Shown piece by piece: positions 27,301-38,478 of a stretch of DNA of 64,000 nt. A model generated the notes under the pieces. That model saw only the letters and a program-made list of their open reading frames with translations, was not told the origin of the DNA and made no database searches. The position numbers and the translations under genes were made by a program. The DNA is from Camelus ferus. Lineage: Eukaryota. Within the stretch, counting starts at the first letter, position 1; the number at the start of each line of letters is the position of its first letter. The stretch is from assembly GCF_009834535.1 (NCBI RefSeq), contig NC_045697.1:52454001-52518000 (forward strand). Reading direction: 5' to 3'.

Positions 27301-29819
27301 GAAATAAATTATGGTTGAGGAAGCTCATTATCATCGTAGCTGAGTTGGAATATTGTTATCGAGCACACTGGGTTCCTCCGCCTTTTTTTTTATGCTTGAG
27401 TAAGTTAGTTTACATTTCTGAGTTTCAGGTTTTTTCATCTGCAAATGGAGATCATGACATACACATTAGAAATGTCACAGAGAACAATGCCTGGTCTATA
27501 ACAGGTGCTCAGTTAATGGGCGGCATGATTGTTGTTGCCTACTGCTACTAATATCATTGATGGAACGACGTTTCCTTTGCTCAACATCCTGAAGGGTATT
27601 CGAAAACATGAAAAGCAGTAACCTTAGCCTAATTTAATGCAACTTTAACTTCCAAGTGTGATTTTTAGGAAATCAGGTTCACAAACCTGAAAAAAAAAAA
27701 TCTCCTTTTTGTCCCTAGTATTTATACTGAAACAGAGCTTGAGTGAAAGGAGGCACGCTTAATCATTCTTGGAAGACTGATTTTCTTCCCCCTTTTTGCT
27801 CTGAGGGAGACATGGTAGAGAGTCTATAAGACTCACAGCTTATGCTTCAATTTGGCCTACCTTCCTTTCCTCACATTTTCCTGTCCTTCCCTCTCCTCCC
27901 CTCTCTATTTCTCTTTCACAGGGAACAAGGCAGGGACCAGGATCTACAGCTCCTCTCCTGTCTGCTCTTAGAGCGCGCTGAGGCCGGGGAAACAAGGCTT
28001 CACAATAGCAGCTCTATCAAGGATCTCAAGTCTCAGAAGAAGATTTACTCCAGGTTGGCAGCAGAAAATCAGTGAAGGGCTCTTCTCCAATGAAAGAAAG
28101 AAAGAAGATGAGATGATTCATATGTGATACGAGAAGACAAAGAATCATTCTGTTCTTTTACTCCATCACAGACCCCAGTTATGGAAAACACACTGGCAAT
28201 TAACAAAATTTTTAAATATGTTTATTTCATGGCAACATCCTGCTCTATATATTTTATTGAGAGCTAAGAACTGTCATTGCTCAGACATACTAATGAACCT
28301 TTATACTCTAAGTCAAAAATATTATAAAGCCCATGAGTGGTACCTCCTTGTATATTATTTGGCATCTGTAAAGTTGATAATGAAAGTAGCACTGTTTTAA
28401 AAATAAAGCTCCAAGAATGTTTTCATATATGGAGAAGTGGAGGTGGGGGATGGAAAGACACAGATAATAAGAGAATACAAAATAAGGGTGGTAAGTTGAA
28501 GCTCTGTCTTAAGTTTTAAGTCTGAAAGGCACTAAGTTTTCCCCTTAAAATATTTCTGAATAATAGCTGTTCTTTGCAATGATACCTCACATTATTAAAT
28601 AATTCTCACAAAGGTATCTCATATACTTCTGGCTGTATACACAGAACAAGACATTACCACCCTTATTTTACAGATAAAGAAACTGGGGCTCAAGGAGATG
28701 ATATAAATTGCTCAAACTCATACTGCGCTAAGTGTTACTCCAGGATTAGAATGAAGCCTTTGGAAAAGATGCAGCCATGTTTTCAAGGAGAAGATTATAA
28801 AGCAGGCCTTCAATATCAAAAGCTAAATACTCCCTTGTGGTATCTCTTAAGCCTATTCTTCATTGCCGTGAAGAGCAGACTAGACTAGCAAATGCCAGGA
28901 GGGTACGACCCTTGGAGAAAAATGTGTTATTGTTTATTTAAAGATCTGAACATTATAAATCTGGAAGATCAGTCACCTGCCTGGGGTAAAGAAAAAAAAT
29001 AAGAATGCTGTCTGATACATGAATTAGAACTACTTGTGTTATTTCATTACTATTATTAAAGGACACTTTTATTTAGGCATTTTTCTAGAAACTTTCCATG
29101 GAAAGGTTCATTTAATCTAAGGCTGAGAAGAGCTTGGTCATTCATTGAATTCTGGCCAGGACATTCATCTGTGCTGTGCAAACGAATGGAGAATTAGAGT
29201 TCTGAACAAAACAGATGGATATGTACTGTTGGTTTTTGGAATGAGCTGATTGTATGCAGGAAAGCACCTGGGAAGAGGGCTCTCCTCTGAATGGGATGTG
29301 AGCCTGTCAGTTGACCCATCTCAGAACCTGAGAAGCATGGTACCTCCATCTGGAACAGACTCCTTGAGGGAAATTAGCAAAACATCTGCCTTACCCATAG
29401 ATTCAGGGACCAAGTCTGAATTCAAGGGTACGGGGAGAAAGAGGAACAGCAAAGGAGAATAACCCAGCCAGAGATAACTGGGATAGGCTGGAATCTGAAA
29501 CCCACACAAAAGCTAAGACTGCCCAAGAGAACTAAGAAGGCTGCCAAATCTGGCGGGGGTCCCAGCAAGAGCGACCATGTGCCAGCATCTAGGCAGCTTG
29601 ATCCAGCACCCAAACCAAACAGATGGAATGTGCCTAGCCTCCAATCAGGTGCAAAGCAACAAGAGCCACTCTAATCCCAATTTACACTTCAATGGAGCCG
29701 AGAATTACTAACAGGAAAAAACTGATTTCTTTCCATTGTTCATTCTATGTTGCTAACTACCATCTATGTCACTAAAGAGAGTAGCAATAGACTACACTTA
29801 TAAAAATACCTAAAGGTAT

Positions 29820-30047
29820 ACAGAACAAGTAAACAACAAGGTCCTACTGCACAGCACAGGGAACTAGATCCAATGGCTTGCAGTAACCTGTAATGAAAAA
29901 GAAGATGTGTATATATATGTGTAACTGAATGACTACACTGTGCACCAGAAACTAATACAACATTGTAAATCAGCTCTACTTCAATTTTTTTTTAATGGGA
30001 AAAAAATAAAGCTGTTATTAAAAGAAAAAGAAAAAATAATCAAGAAA
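29820..30047 (+). mobile_element. 5'-truncated L1 3'UTR with TSD
   Basis: aaacaacaaggtcctactgcacagcacagggaact...caacattgtaaatcagctctacttcaat; TSD taaaaata(c/t)ctaaaggtat at 29801-29819 and 30048-30066. Confidence 0.88.
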
Positions 30048-31422
30048 TAAAAATATCTAAAGGTATTGTGTATTTATGTCAGAAAGAGCAGTGTGGGAAA
30101 TTGCTAGCAAGCAGCCTCCTGTCGGGAAGATAACACTGAAAAGAGGAATCTGGGGAGAAAGTAAGTGGTGGCGACAAGCGGTGGGAGCAAGTGGGCTGCA
30201 TTTCTCATACCTGAAAGGAACAAAGGAAGTAGTAAACTGAGATAAAATTTGGAGTTTTAATCAGGAGCAGGCCCTGAGTTCCCGTAACTACCGAAGAGGC
30301 CATAGCGCACCAGGAGAAAGTCTGCATGAGGCAGCATGAGGCCCCAGAGCCAGCTGCCCTGGCTTGGAGCTGCCACCTTTTCCAAATCCTCATCTACCTG
30401 CTGGAGTGGCTTTACTGAATCTTGGATTCTCAGTGTGGTTTAGGGTTTTCCTGCCAGCAAGGGGGGAAAAAAAATCAATGATGGGGACAGATTCTTCCGC
30501 AAGAGGGCTGTAATGAGAAAGGGTTTTCTCCTCTCCCATTGCTAATGAAATGGTATTGGTATCACCAAAGGACAGAGGAAACAAATCAGCACTACGTCCA
30601 TGAGATTCTTCCCCAATAGTAAGTTACAGAGCAAATATCATTCCAGAAAATACTCTTACTCGATATGAGATTTTTTTCTTCCTTAAATGTGCTTAAACTT
30701 ATTACATATAATTTAATATTATTTGTTGAGTGATTACTATGTGCAGTTACCATTCTAAACATTTTACATTCATTATCTCATTTAATTTTCATTATCTCTG
30801 TTTTACAGACATAGAAACTAAGTAGTAAATTACCTTTCCAATTTTTTATTGAAAAAATCTAATGAAAATTGGGGTCATAAAATTGGATTGGGAAAAATGA
30901 AATTCATAATCTACGTCCAATTAGATCAACAAAGTCACTTTTCAGTAAAGGGCACCTGTACTCCCAGACCACAGAGGGCAAGGGTTTTCATGGGATAAAA
31001 TGAAGTCAGGAAAAGACCAGGGACAAATTCATGACGGCTGTGCCCGAATCTCCACAAAGGTAGTGAAAACTGAATCCTCAAATTAAGGTTCTTGGGTCCC
31101 TAAATTGGGTCTTGTTTTTATCTTTTGTAAGATTAGACACTACATATCAAAAGTATCTCTTTAAATGCTAAATGATATTTTCAAAAGTCAGATAATCCTG
31201 TAAAACATGACTTTTTAACAGAGTTACCCGGTAACCTTGTCAGAAACATCTTGCTAAGTATTTATTCACTGAATACACATTAGGTAGAAGCTTTACTTTC
31301 ACTTTCTAATAAAATACAAACTAAATACATCCTATTTGATTTTTAAATATTACAAAGGAATGTTCCTGGGCTTCAATGTTATTCGTTCATAGTAAACTAA
31401 AATAAGTATCTCAGACCAAGGC

Positions 31423-31505
31423 ATTAACTGGAACCAATGAAATTGCCGATAGTCAACTTTATTTTACCCATAAAAAGTAGCAATCTCATATGATTCAACC
31501 TAAAA
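31423..31505. mobile_element. MADE2-like mariner MITE
   Basis: About 80 bp with inverted arms gaaccaatgaaattgcc ... agcaatctcatatgattcaacc. Confidence 0.7.
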
Positions 31506-31860
31506 TAATACAAAGAGAAAGAGAGTAGGTGAAGAAAAATCTAACACTAGAGGAAATGAAAACCTACTTGGTTTCTTCATGCAACACTAACTCCACAGAA
31601 ATGCCTCAATTAATACATTGAGAAAATACACCACTTGCCTAAAATTTAGTACCTGGCAGACATGTCCACCAGAATTCACAGGTATCTCAGATAAGTGGCT
31701 ATTTCATAGTAATTAACAACTTGGAAGCTAGCCTGTCTCTTCCCTGATTTATCACAAATAAAAACGTTTTTCATTTCTTTTTAAAAATATTAAATCATCT
31801 TGCATCTAAAGCCACATCAGGACCCTAAAAAGTAGAGACAGTCTTTAGCCACAGATAGCC

Positions 31861-33113
31861 AGTGGTGGGCGGTAGTGGGTGTGCTGGGAAATATTTGAAA
31901 ATAAGCTCTGGGGGGAAAATGTGTGTGTTGGGGGCGGTGTGTGTGTGTAGTAAACTTTACTGATATAAAAGACGTACAGCACACGTATAAATAATAAATA
32001 TACAGTACTGTAAACTGCATATAGCCAGCTGATTTCTCACAGAATGCATGTTGATTTTTACCACTCTTTTATTAGTAGCCAACTTAGGGTTGCAAATGGC
32101 AAACAAGCATAGGTCCAACATCCATGTTGAACGTCCATTATCATATATGTGAATGAGTAAGGCAAAAGTGAAACAGTGAAGGCGTGTGTCAGAGTTCACT
32201 CAATCGTCAGCAATGTAGGTGACCCCTTTGCTAAAGTGGGTGATGGTTTTTGGATAGTGAAAGAATAATTCCTCAAGTCCTTGCACTAGTCACATTTTAA
32301 CAGCTGTTAGGGACTGAATGTTTGTGTTCTCCCAAAACGCATATGTTGAAATCCTAACCCCCAATGTAATGATATTAGGAGGTGGGGCATTGAGGGCAGA
32401 GCCTTCATGAATGGAATTAGGACCCTTATAAGAACAAACAGGAGAAAGATGATCAATCTCTCTCCACCATGTGAAGATACAATGAGAAGGTGACCATCTA
32501 CAAGCCAAGAAGAGGACCCTCACCAAGAACGACTTTTGTGGCACTTTGATCTTGGACTTCCCAGCCTCCAAGACTGTGAGAAATAAATCCTTGTTGTTTA
32601 AGATTTATACCAGTCCATGGCAGTGTGTTATGGGAACCCAAGCTAAGACAACAGCTATAGACACTGAATAACTTTAAGGTTTCATCTGCATTATTAGCAT
32701 TTTCTCTATCCCTTTTTTAAGCCTAGAAGCAATTGACCGAACAATATATTAAGCCCTGATGTGTAGCGTTTGCTGATTTCTATGGTGTAGATACTACCGT
32801 CATGCCTGATTCCAAGCTTCCAAAATGAGGTCCCTGAATGCAGAGCTGGGAAGAGGTGATGGCAGCACACTGTTTTACAGCATTTCTCCCACACAGACAC
32901 AATGCAAGGAAGTAACCTGAAGAGTGTAGCCTACAGTAAAACAAGTAGGAGATAATGAATTTTGAAATTATTACCATTGTTTTTAATATCATTATCTAAC
33001 TGCATGTTTATATAATTTAATTTTTAATAGCAGTTGTGTTTAACAACAAGCCATCAAAATTCCTGGTAACAACTGACTCTTCTGAGTATAAAGAGGTGGC
33101 TCCAACACACCAC
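31861..33113. mobile_element. MER63-like hAT element, interrupted by an MLT1A-type LTR
   Basis: gtgtgctgggaaatatttg start, aacaactgactct...ccaacacaccac end; boundaries approximate. Confidence 0.55.
32305..32650 (+). mobile_element. MLT1A/B-type MaLR solo LTR
   Basis: tgttagggactgaatgtttgtg...agctaagaca; perfect 5-bp TSD acagc. Confidence 0.9.
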
Positions 33114-34395
33114 AGGTGAATGAGACAATGTCCAGTTCGGGAGCGTCTCCATAAATCCCAGCTCTTCACTGCACTGTTGCTGCCATGACTAAAGCTGGCA
33201 GCATCCTGAGTCTACTTTGCAGCCTACGATAGAAAGCTAAGGTGATCGAGGTTTATTTAGGTCCGTACATGGGGATATTAGAATTTAGCTCCAACTACAA
33301 TAGATATAAGACTGATTTATTAAAGTAGTAGCAAAAGTTCTATAATTCTTTTAGAATTTTATCCTGAGAACATTTCATCATTGTTAAAGATACTAAGTAT
33401 TTAAGTCCTAACATATAAAGATAACTGTATAAACTTGCAAGTTAAGAACAAGTGCCCCTAGAAAACCAAAAATTTGCCATCTGATAATTTATAATCATGT
33501 ACCTTGGAGGCACATGAAACTCATTACTACAGAATCTCTCAAAGCCAAATCTTGCCTCCGGATATTTAAAAGGAGTTAGGGAGCACAGAGGCCAATAATA
33601 ACATCTTTTAAAAGGCCTAATCATATTCCATGCTTCAGGGTGTAAGCTGATCAGCTGAAGAGCCAAAGGAAAAGAACTGCCTGCCTTTCCAACCTGCTTT
33701 CTCTCCAGCATCTATGGCATTTCACATGTGAGAAGGTGAGTGATGGAGGCAATTCAACTTTCCTCTGAAATACAGAGATCTACTGACAGGATGAAAGATT
33801 GAACAATGAGCAGTATCAACCCACTGGCTGTATTCCACATCCAAATGCCCTCCCCTAAAGCCCAAGATACTGGCCTCCAAGACCCATCTGTTCCTAATTT
33901 CTACTCCAGCTACATGTGCATGAAAACGGAGCTCACACCATACTGGTAGAAGGCACCCTCGCTCGCTCTGCCATGTTCCTACCTCTTCCCTTTGCAGATA
34001 TAGCAGTATCTGAAAACAGTGCACACCTTGCTTCCTTATACTACCACCAACTTTATGAGAAAAAAATAAATCTCCAAATCACAAAATTTCACTCTGTGTG
34101 AGAAAGAGGATAATAAAGATTAAAAAACAGACTTGTACCATAATGGCCATAATTTTTAAAATGAGTTGTTTTTAAAATTATTGTTTGTGACATCAGTTTT
34201 AACAAATGGTTTATCCCATAACATTTCCAGCCATTGAACTCTTCAAAATGCAATTTAAAATAAATTAGTAAAACAGAAAATACACAAAAACCAAAACATT
34301 CCTAGTCAGCAGCAATATTCTAGGTAATGGGAGAACCATCAAATTGTTGTAGGAATGAGTCTTCCTTTTGTGAATGTGTTTTTTAAAGAGTATTT

Positions 34396-34536
34396 GGGGG
34401 GTTGAGGGCATGGCCATTAGATTGATTGATTGATTGATTGATTGATTTTTAACAAAGGTTCTGGGGATCGAACCCAGGACCTCGTGCGTGCTATGCACAC
34501 ACTCTACCACTGAGCTATACCCTCACCTCGCTGCCA
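34396..34536 (-). mobile_element. Vic-1-type tRNA-derived SINE (camelid)
   Basis: Minus strand GAGGGTATAGCTCAGTGGTAGAGTGTGTGCATAGCACGCACGAGGTCCTGGGTTCGATCCCCAG with Pol III A and B boxes, (AATC)n linker and C-rich end; 12-bp TSD taaagag(t/c)attt. Confidence 0.88.
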
Positions 34537-35749
34537 TAAAGAGCATTTTTATTAATTATTTATTTATAACCTGTCGTGCTTTAAAAAAAAAAAGTAGCAA
34601 TTAAATCAATGTAAGAGTCACTCAATAAAACTGAACTTTTCATTTGGTTCTGCTTAATGACTAAACACTCATGAAAAAGCAACATGGAATGGTTCCAAAA
34701 TATAGCAAAGCTTGCTAATAGTAAGCTCGCTCCCAACCAACTATTAATTTTAATATTAAGGCCAGAAAACCCAATTTCCAGAAATGGAGCGACTGAGTTA
34801 GAATTCAGTTTGTACAGTTCACTTAGTCTACCTTTTCTGTGACATGTTATATATTATTCTGAAAGTGCATCTGAGAACAATGAATTAAGATGCTCCCTTA
34901 GCTCATTTCTCTTAATACTAAAATGACTGGGGCTGGAATGAGAGCGACCTACAAGCCCAATACTTAGCAACTCTTTCTCCCATGCCTTCATTTTCCATAC
35001 CTCACGGAAATTAACTTCTCCCTTCTCAGACTGCACCCAGTCATGAAATTTATTTGAAACAAAGACAATGACACAGAAGACAGACATTTTATAAGAAATT
35101 CTGGTAAATGCGAGAGAGTATAAATAAAACACTACGCCTTTCCTATTGCTATATAAGGGGGTGAATATTCTACCTTGAATAATTATTCTCCCATCTAACT
35201 ATCAGTATCATATAACAAAAGAGCAGATTGTTTTTTAAGTAGTAAAAATAATACTGACCCTTACTTTGATGAATAATCACTTACAGGCCGGACATCATCT
35301 CCTATATCAAGCAAACACTTCATGACAAGAGATTTCAGAGTATTTATCACATCTTAGTCTGTCCTCCCAATTCTGATAAACCACAATGTCGAAAGTGTAT
35401 TCCTTGGTGTGCTCAATAATCTACAAGTTTGCTGAGTCATTGGAAACATCCAGCTGTTTCATCACAGCGTCATTACCCAACCATTTCAATCACAATAGAC
35501 GTGCATGGAACAAGCAAGGCATCTTGGCATTTGCAGCCTACAGTGACTGCTGAAATCCTTCCAACAGGACTGCAAACCTGCCCAGTTGGATAAAAAGTGT
35601 CATGAGGAAATGGCTGTGGCATATGAACTTGAGAAAAGAAGAAACAAGAAGAGAGGTTTAAAAAAAAAAAAAAGAAAAGATGACGAGAGGTGGCGTAAAG
35701 GTGAGTGAGGTGAGAGAGAGAGAGCAGCAGCCAGGTGGCCCTGCATTAC

Positions 35750-35929
35750 CATTATCAGGGTTGGTAAACATCCTACTTGCACTGGAGACTGTCTTCCCAA
35801 TGTCAGCCAGGGAGCGGAGGTTGGACTTCTTGGTTTGATGCCGGTGCTTCCGGAGCAAAGTATAGGTCACCTTATCCTTAAGGTCGGGTTTCAACAGGCC
35901 TGTCTCAATCTGATGGTCAACAATCATCT
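35750..35929 (-). CDS. SLC4A4: SLC4A4 coding exon, 180 nt (E)[59 protein letters not shown](G)
   Basis: Acceptor tttttgtatcag|AG and donor AATG|GTAATG, phase 1/1. Internal alternative donor GCAA|GTAGGA after 35777. Confidence 0.98.
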
Positions 35930-36688
35930 CTGATACAAAAACAAAGCAAAACAAAAACAAAAAGAAACTCAGTCACAAGACCACGAAGTTAAGTTTTTAC
36001 TCTAACTTTACGAATGTCATCCTCAAAGTTAATAATATCAAGGTACTATTTTCCAAATTTCCAACTTCCCACTTTCTGTGAAGGTAAAGATACAAGGTAT
36101 AGGCATACTGACATTAAAGAGAGAGTTATAAAGATTCTGGTATTAATTACATATTTACAGAGGAAGAAATGCCTTGTAAATTTTTAAGTCCCAGTTAATA
36201 GTAAATTCACATTAATCACATTCTTCTATGGGCAACACAATGTCAGTAATTTACATTTTTCAATTGTTTTTTTTTAAAGGGCGATTAGAAAATGTCATGT
36301 ATTCCAACACAGCAATATGCCAGAAATACAAATGACATGAAAATTCTTCAAGAGAATATGTAAAATTTAACATCATGACATTATCAATTTTTAAATCTAT
36401 TTTCTGAAATTCTTCTGTAATATTATATCATCTTTATAATAAGAAAAAGGAAAATACACCTTTCCCCATATCAGGTTATCTGAACACCAATTAATCCAAT
36501 GAAAGAAAGACTAAAGTACAAAATTATGCCTTAGTCGTTTCTAAGAAGGGGGCTTATTCTCCTTGTTTAGATCCAAATAAGCCTTTCCAATATATTTTAT
36601 TAGTCATTTTAAACTATAACCTGGCCAGAATTTTGTAGAAACTTTAATATCTCAGTCTTACTACAAAAAAAATAAAATTTCTATTAGG

Positions 36689-38020
36689 CCTGGACCACTT
36701 TCTCAGACTACTTACAAAAATAAACACAAAATGGGTTAAAGACTTAAGTGTAAGACCTGAAACCATAAAACTCATGGAAAAAAAAAAATAGGCAGTACAC
36801 TCTCTGACATCAGTCTTAGCAATATTTTTTTAGATATGTCTCCTCAGGCAAAGGCAATAAAAGCACAAATAAACAAATGGAACTACATCAAACTAAAAAG
36901 CTTTTGCACAGCAAAGGAAACCATCAAAAAAAAAACAAAAAGAGAACCTACTGAATGGGAAACAATATTTAAAAATGATATATTCAATAAGGGCTTAATA
37001 TTTAAAATACATAAAGAACTTACATATCTCAATATAAAAAAAAACAAGCAATTCAATTTAAAAATGGGCAGAGGATCTGAATAGACATTTTTCCAAAGAA
37101 GACATACAGATGGCCAACAGACATATGAAAAGAGTCTCAACATTACTAATCATCAGGCAAATGCAAATCAAAACCAGTGAGATATCACCTCACACTTGTC
37201 AGAATAGCTATCGTCAAAAAGACAACAAGTAACAAGTGTTGGTGAGGATGTGGAGAAAAGGGACCCTCATGCACTGTTAAGTAGGAATGTAAACTGGTGC
37301 AGCCACTGTGGAAAACAGTATAGAGGTTCCCCAAAAGATCAAAAATTGAAAGACCATGCAATCCAGCAATTCCATTTTTAGGTATGTAGACAAAGAAAAT
37401 AAAAACACTAATTCAAAAAGATGTATGCACCCCTATGTTCATTGCAGAATTGCAGCCAAGATATGGAAACAACCTAAGCTCCCACTGACAGATGAATGGA
37501 TAAAACAGATGTGTGTGTGTGTGTGTGTGTATATACATACACAATGGAGTATTACTCAGCCATAAAAAAGAATGAAATCTTGCCATTTGTAACAACATGG
37601 ATGGATCTAGAGGGTATTACACTAAGTGAAATAAGTCAGACAGAAAAAGAACAACAAATGATTCCACTTATATGTGGAAACTACAAAACAAATGAACAAA
37701 CAAAACAGAAACAGACCCATAGATACAGAGAACAAACTGGCGGTCACCAGAGGGGAGGAGGTAACAGGGTGGGCAAAATGGGTGAAGGGGATTAATGGGC
37801 ACAAAATTCCAGTTGTAAAATAAGTAAGTCATGAGATGTAACGTACAGTGCAGGGAATACTGTCAATAATATTTTATTAACTTTGTATGGTGACAGATAA
37901 TTATTAGACTTTCAGTAGTGATCGGCTCATAATGTATATAAATGCCAATTCACTATGTTGTACACCTGAAATCAATACATTGTATGCCAACTATGTTTCA
38001 ATGAAAAATAATAAAATAAA
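36689..38020 (+). mobile_element. L1 3' fragment (~1.3 kb: end of ORF2 plus 3'UTR), antisense to SLC4A4, frameshifted
   Basis: ORF2-like peptides INKWNYIKLKSFCTAKETI and MEYYSAIKKNEILPFVTTWMDLEGITLSEISQ; A-rich tail. Confidence 0.95.
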
Positions 38021-38390
38021 ACAGCCTTAAAAAAATCTTTTCTGAAAATTTCTAATGTCACATCACAAGTCGACATTTCCTCTGTTCAGAATGGGGCTCA
38101 GGACAAAATATCACAGAATCTGTGCAAGGTATTCAACGGCAGGACAACAGCTCACGATGTGCAGGTAGAGCTTTTGCCCCCGGCATAGAACCAGAACAAC
38201 GCATCCAGGGCCCACTATTGGAGGCGCATGGGTGCATCAAGCACACGTCAGTATCTTCCTCTCGGGCAAACTTCTCTGTATACAAAGGTGGAGAAGAAAA
38301 CAAAAGCTCTTCTTTTCCAAAAGTCTGATGGGAAAACTGATGGGGACTGATAGGATAACAGCAGCTCCAAACCACTCCCATCTCTTCCCA

Positions 38391-38478
38391 CTGGCATTTA
38401 TATATGTTATGAACTGTTCACCGTGGTAAGTCTAGTAACTGTCTGTCACCATGCAAAGTCATTACAATATTATTGACA
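38391..38478 (-). mobile_element. Short L1 3'UTR fragment, inverted relative to the neighbouring L1
   Basis: Reverse complement aligns with 37861-37948 at roughly 80% identity by eye. Confidence 0.75.

Noticed and set aside
34455..34530. tRNA-like sequence as a true tRNA gene
   Set aside because: Degenerate anticodon and acceptor stems, SINE tail and TSD show it is a SINE.
1..35749. Next canonical SLC4A4 exon ([26 protein letters not shown])
   Set aside because: Not found by eye or in the ORF track; presumably lies beyond position 1.
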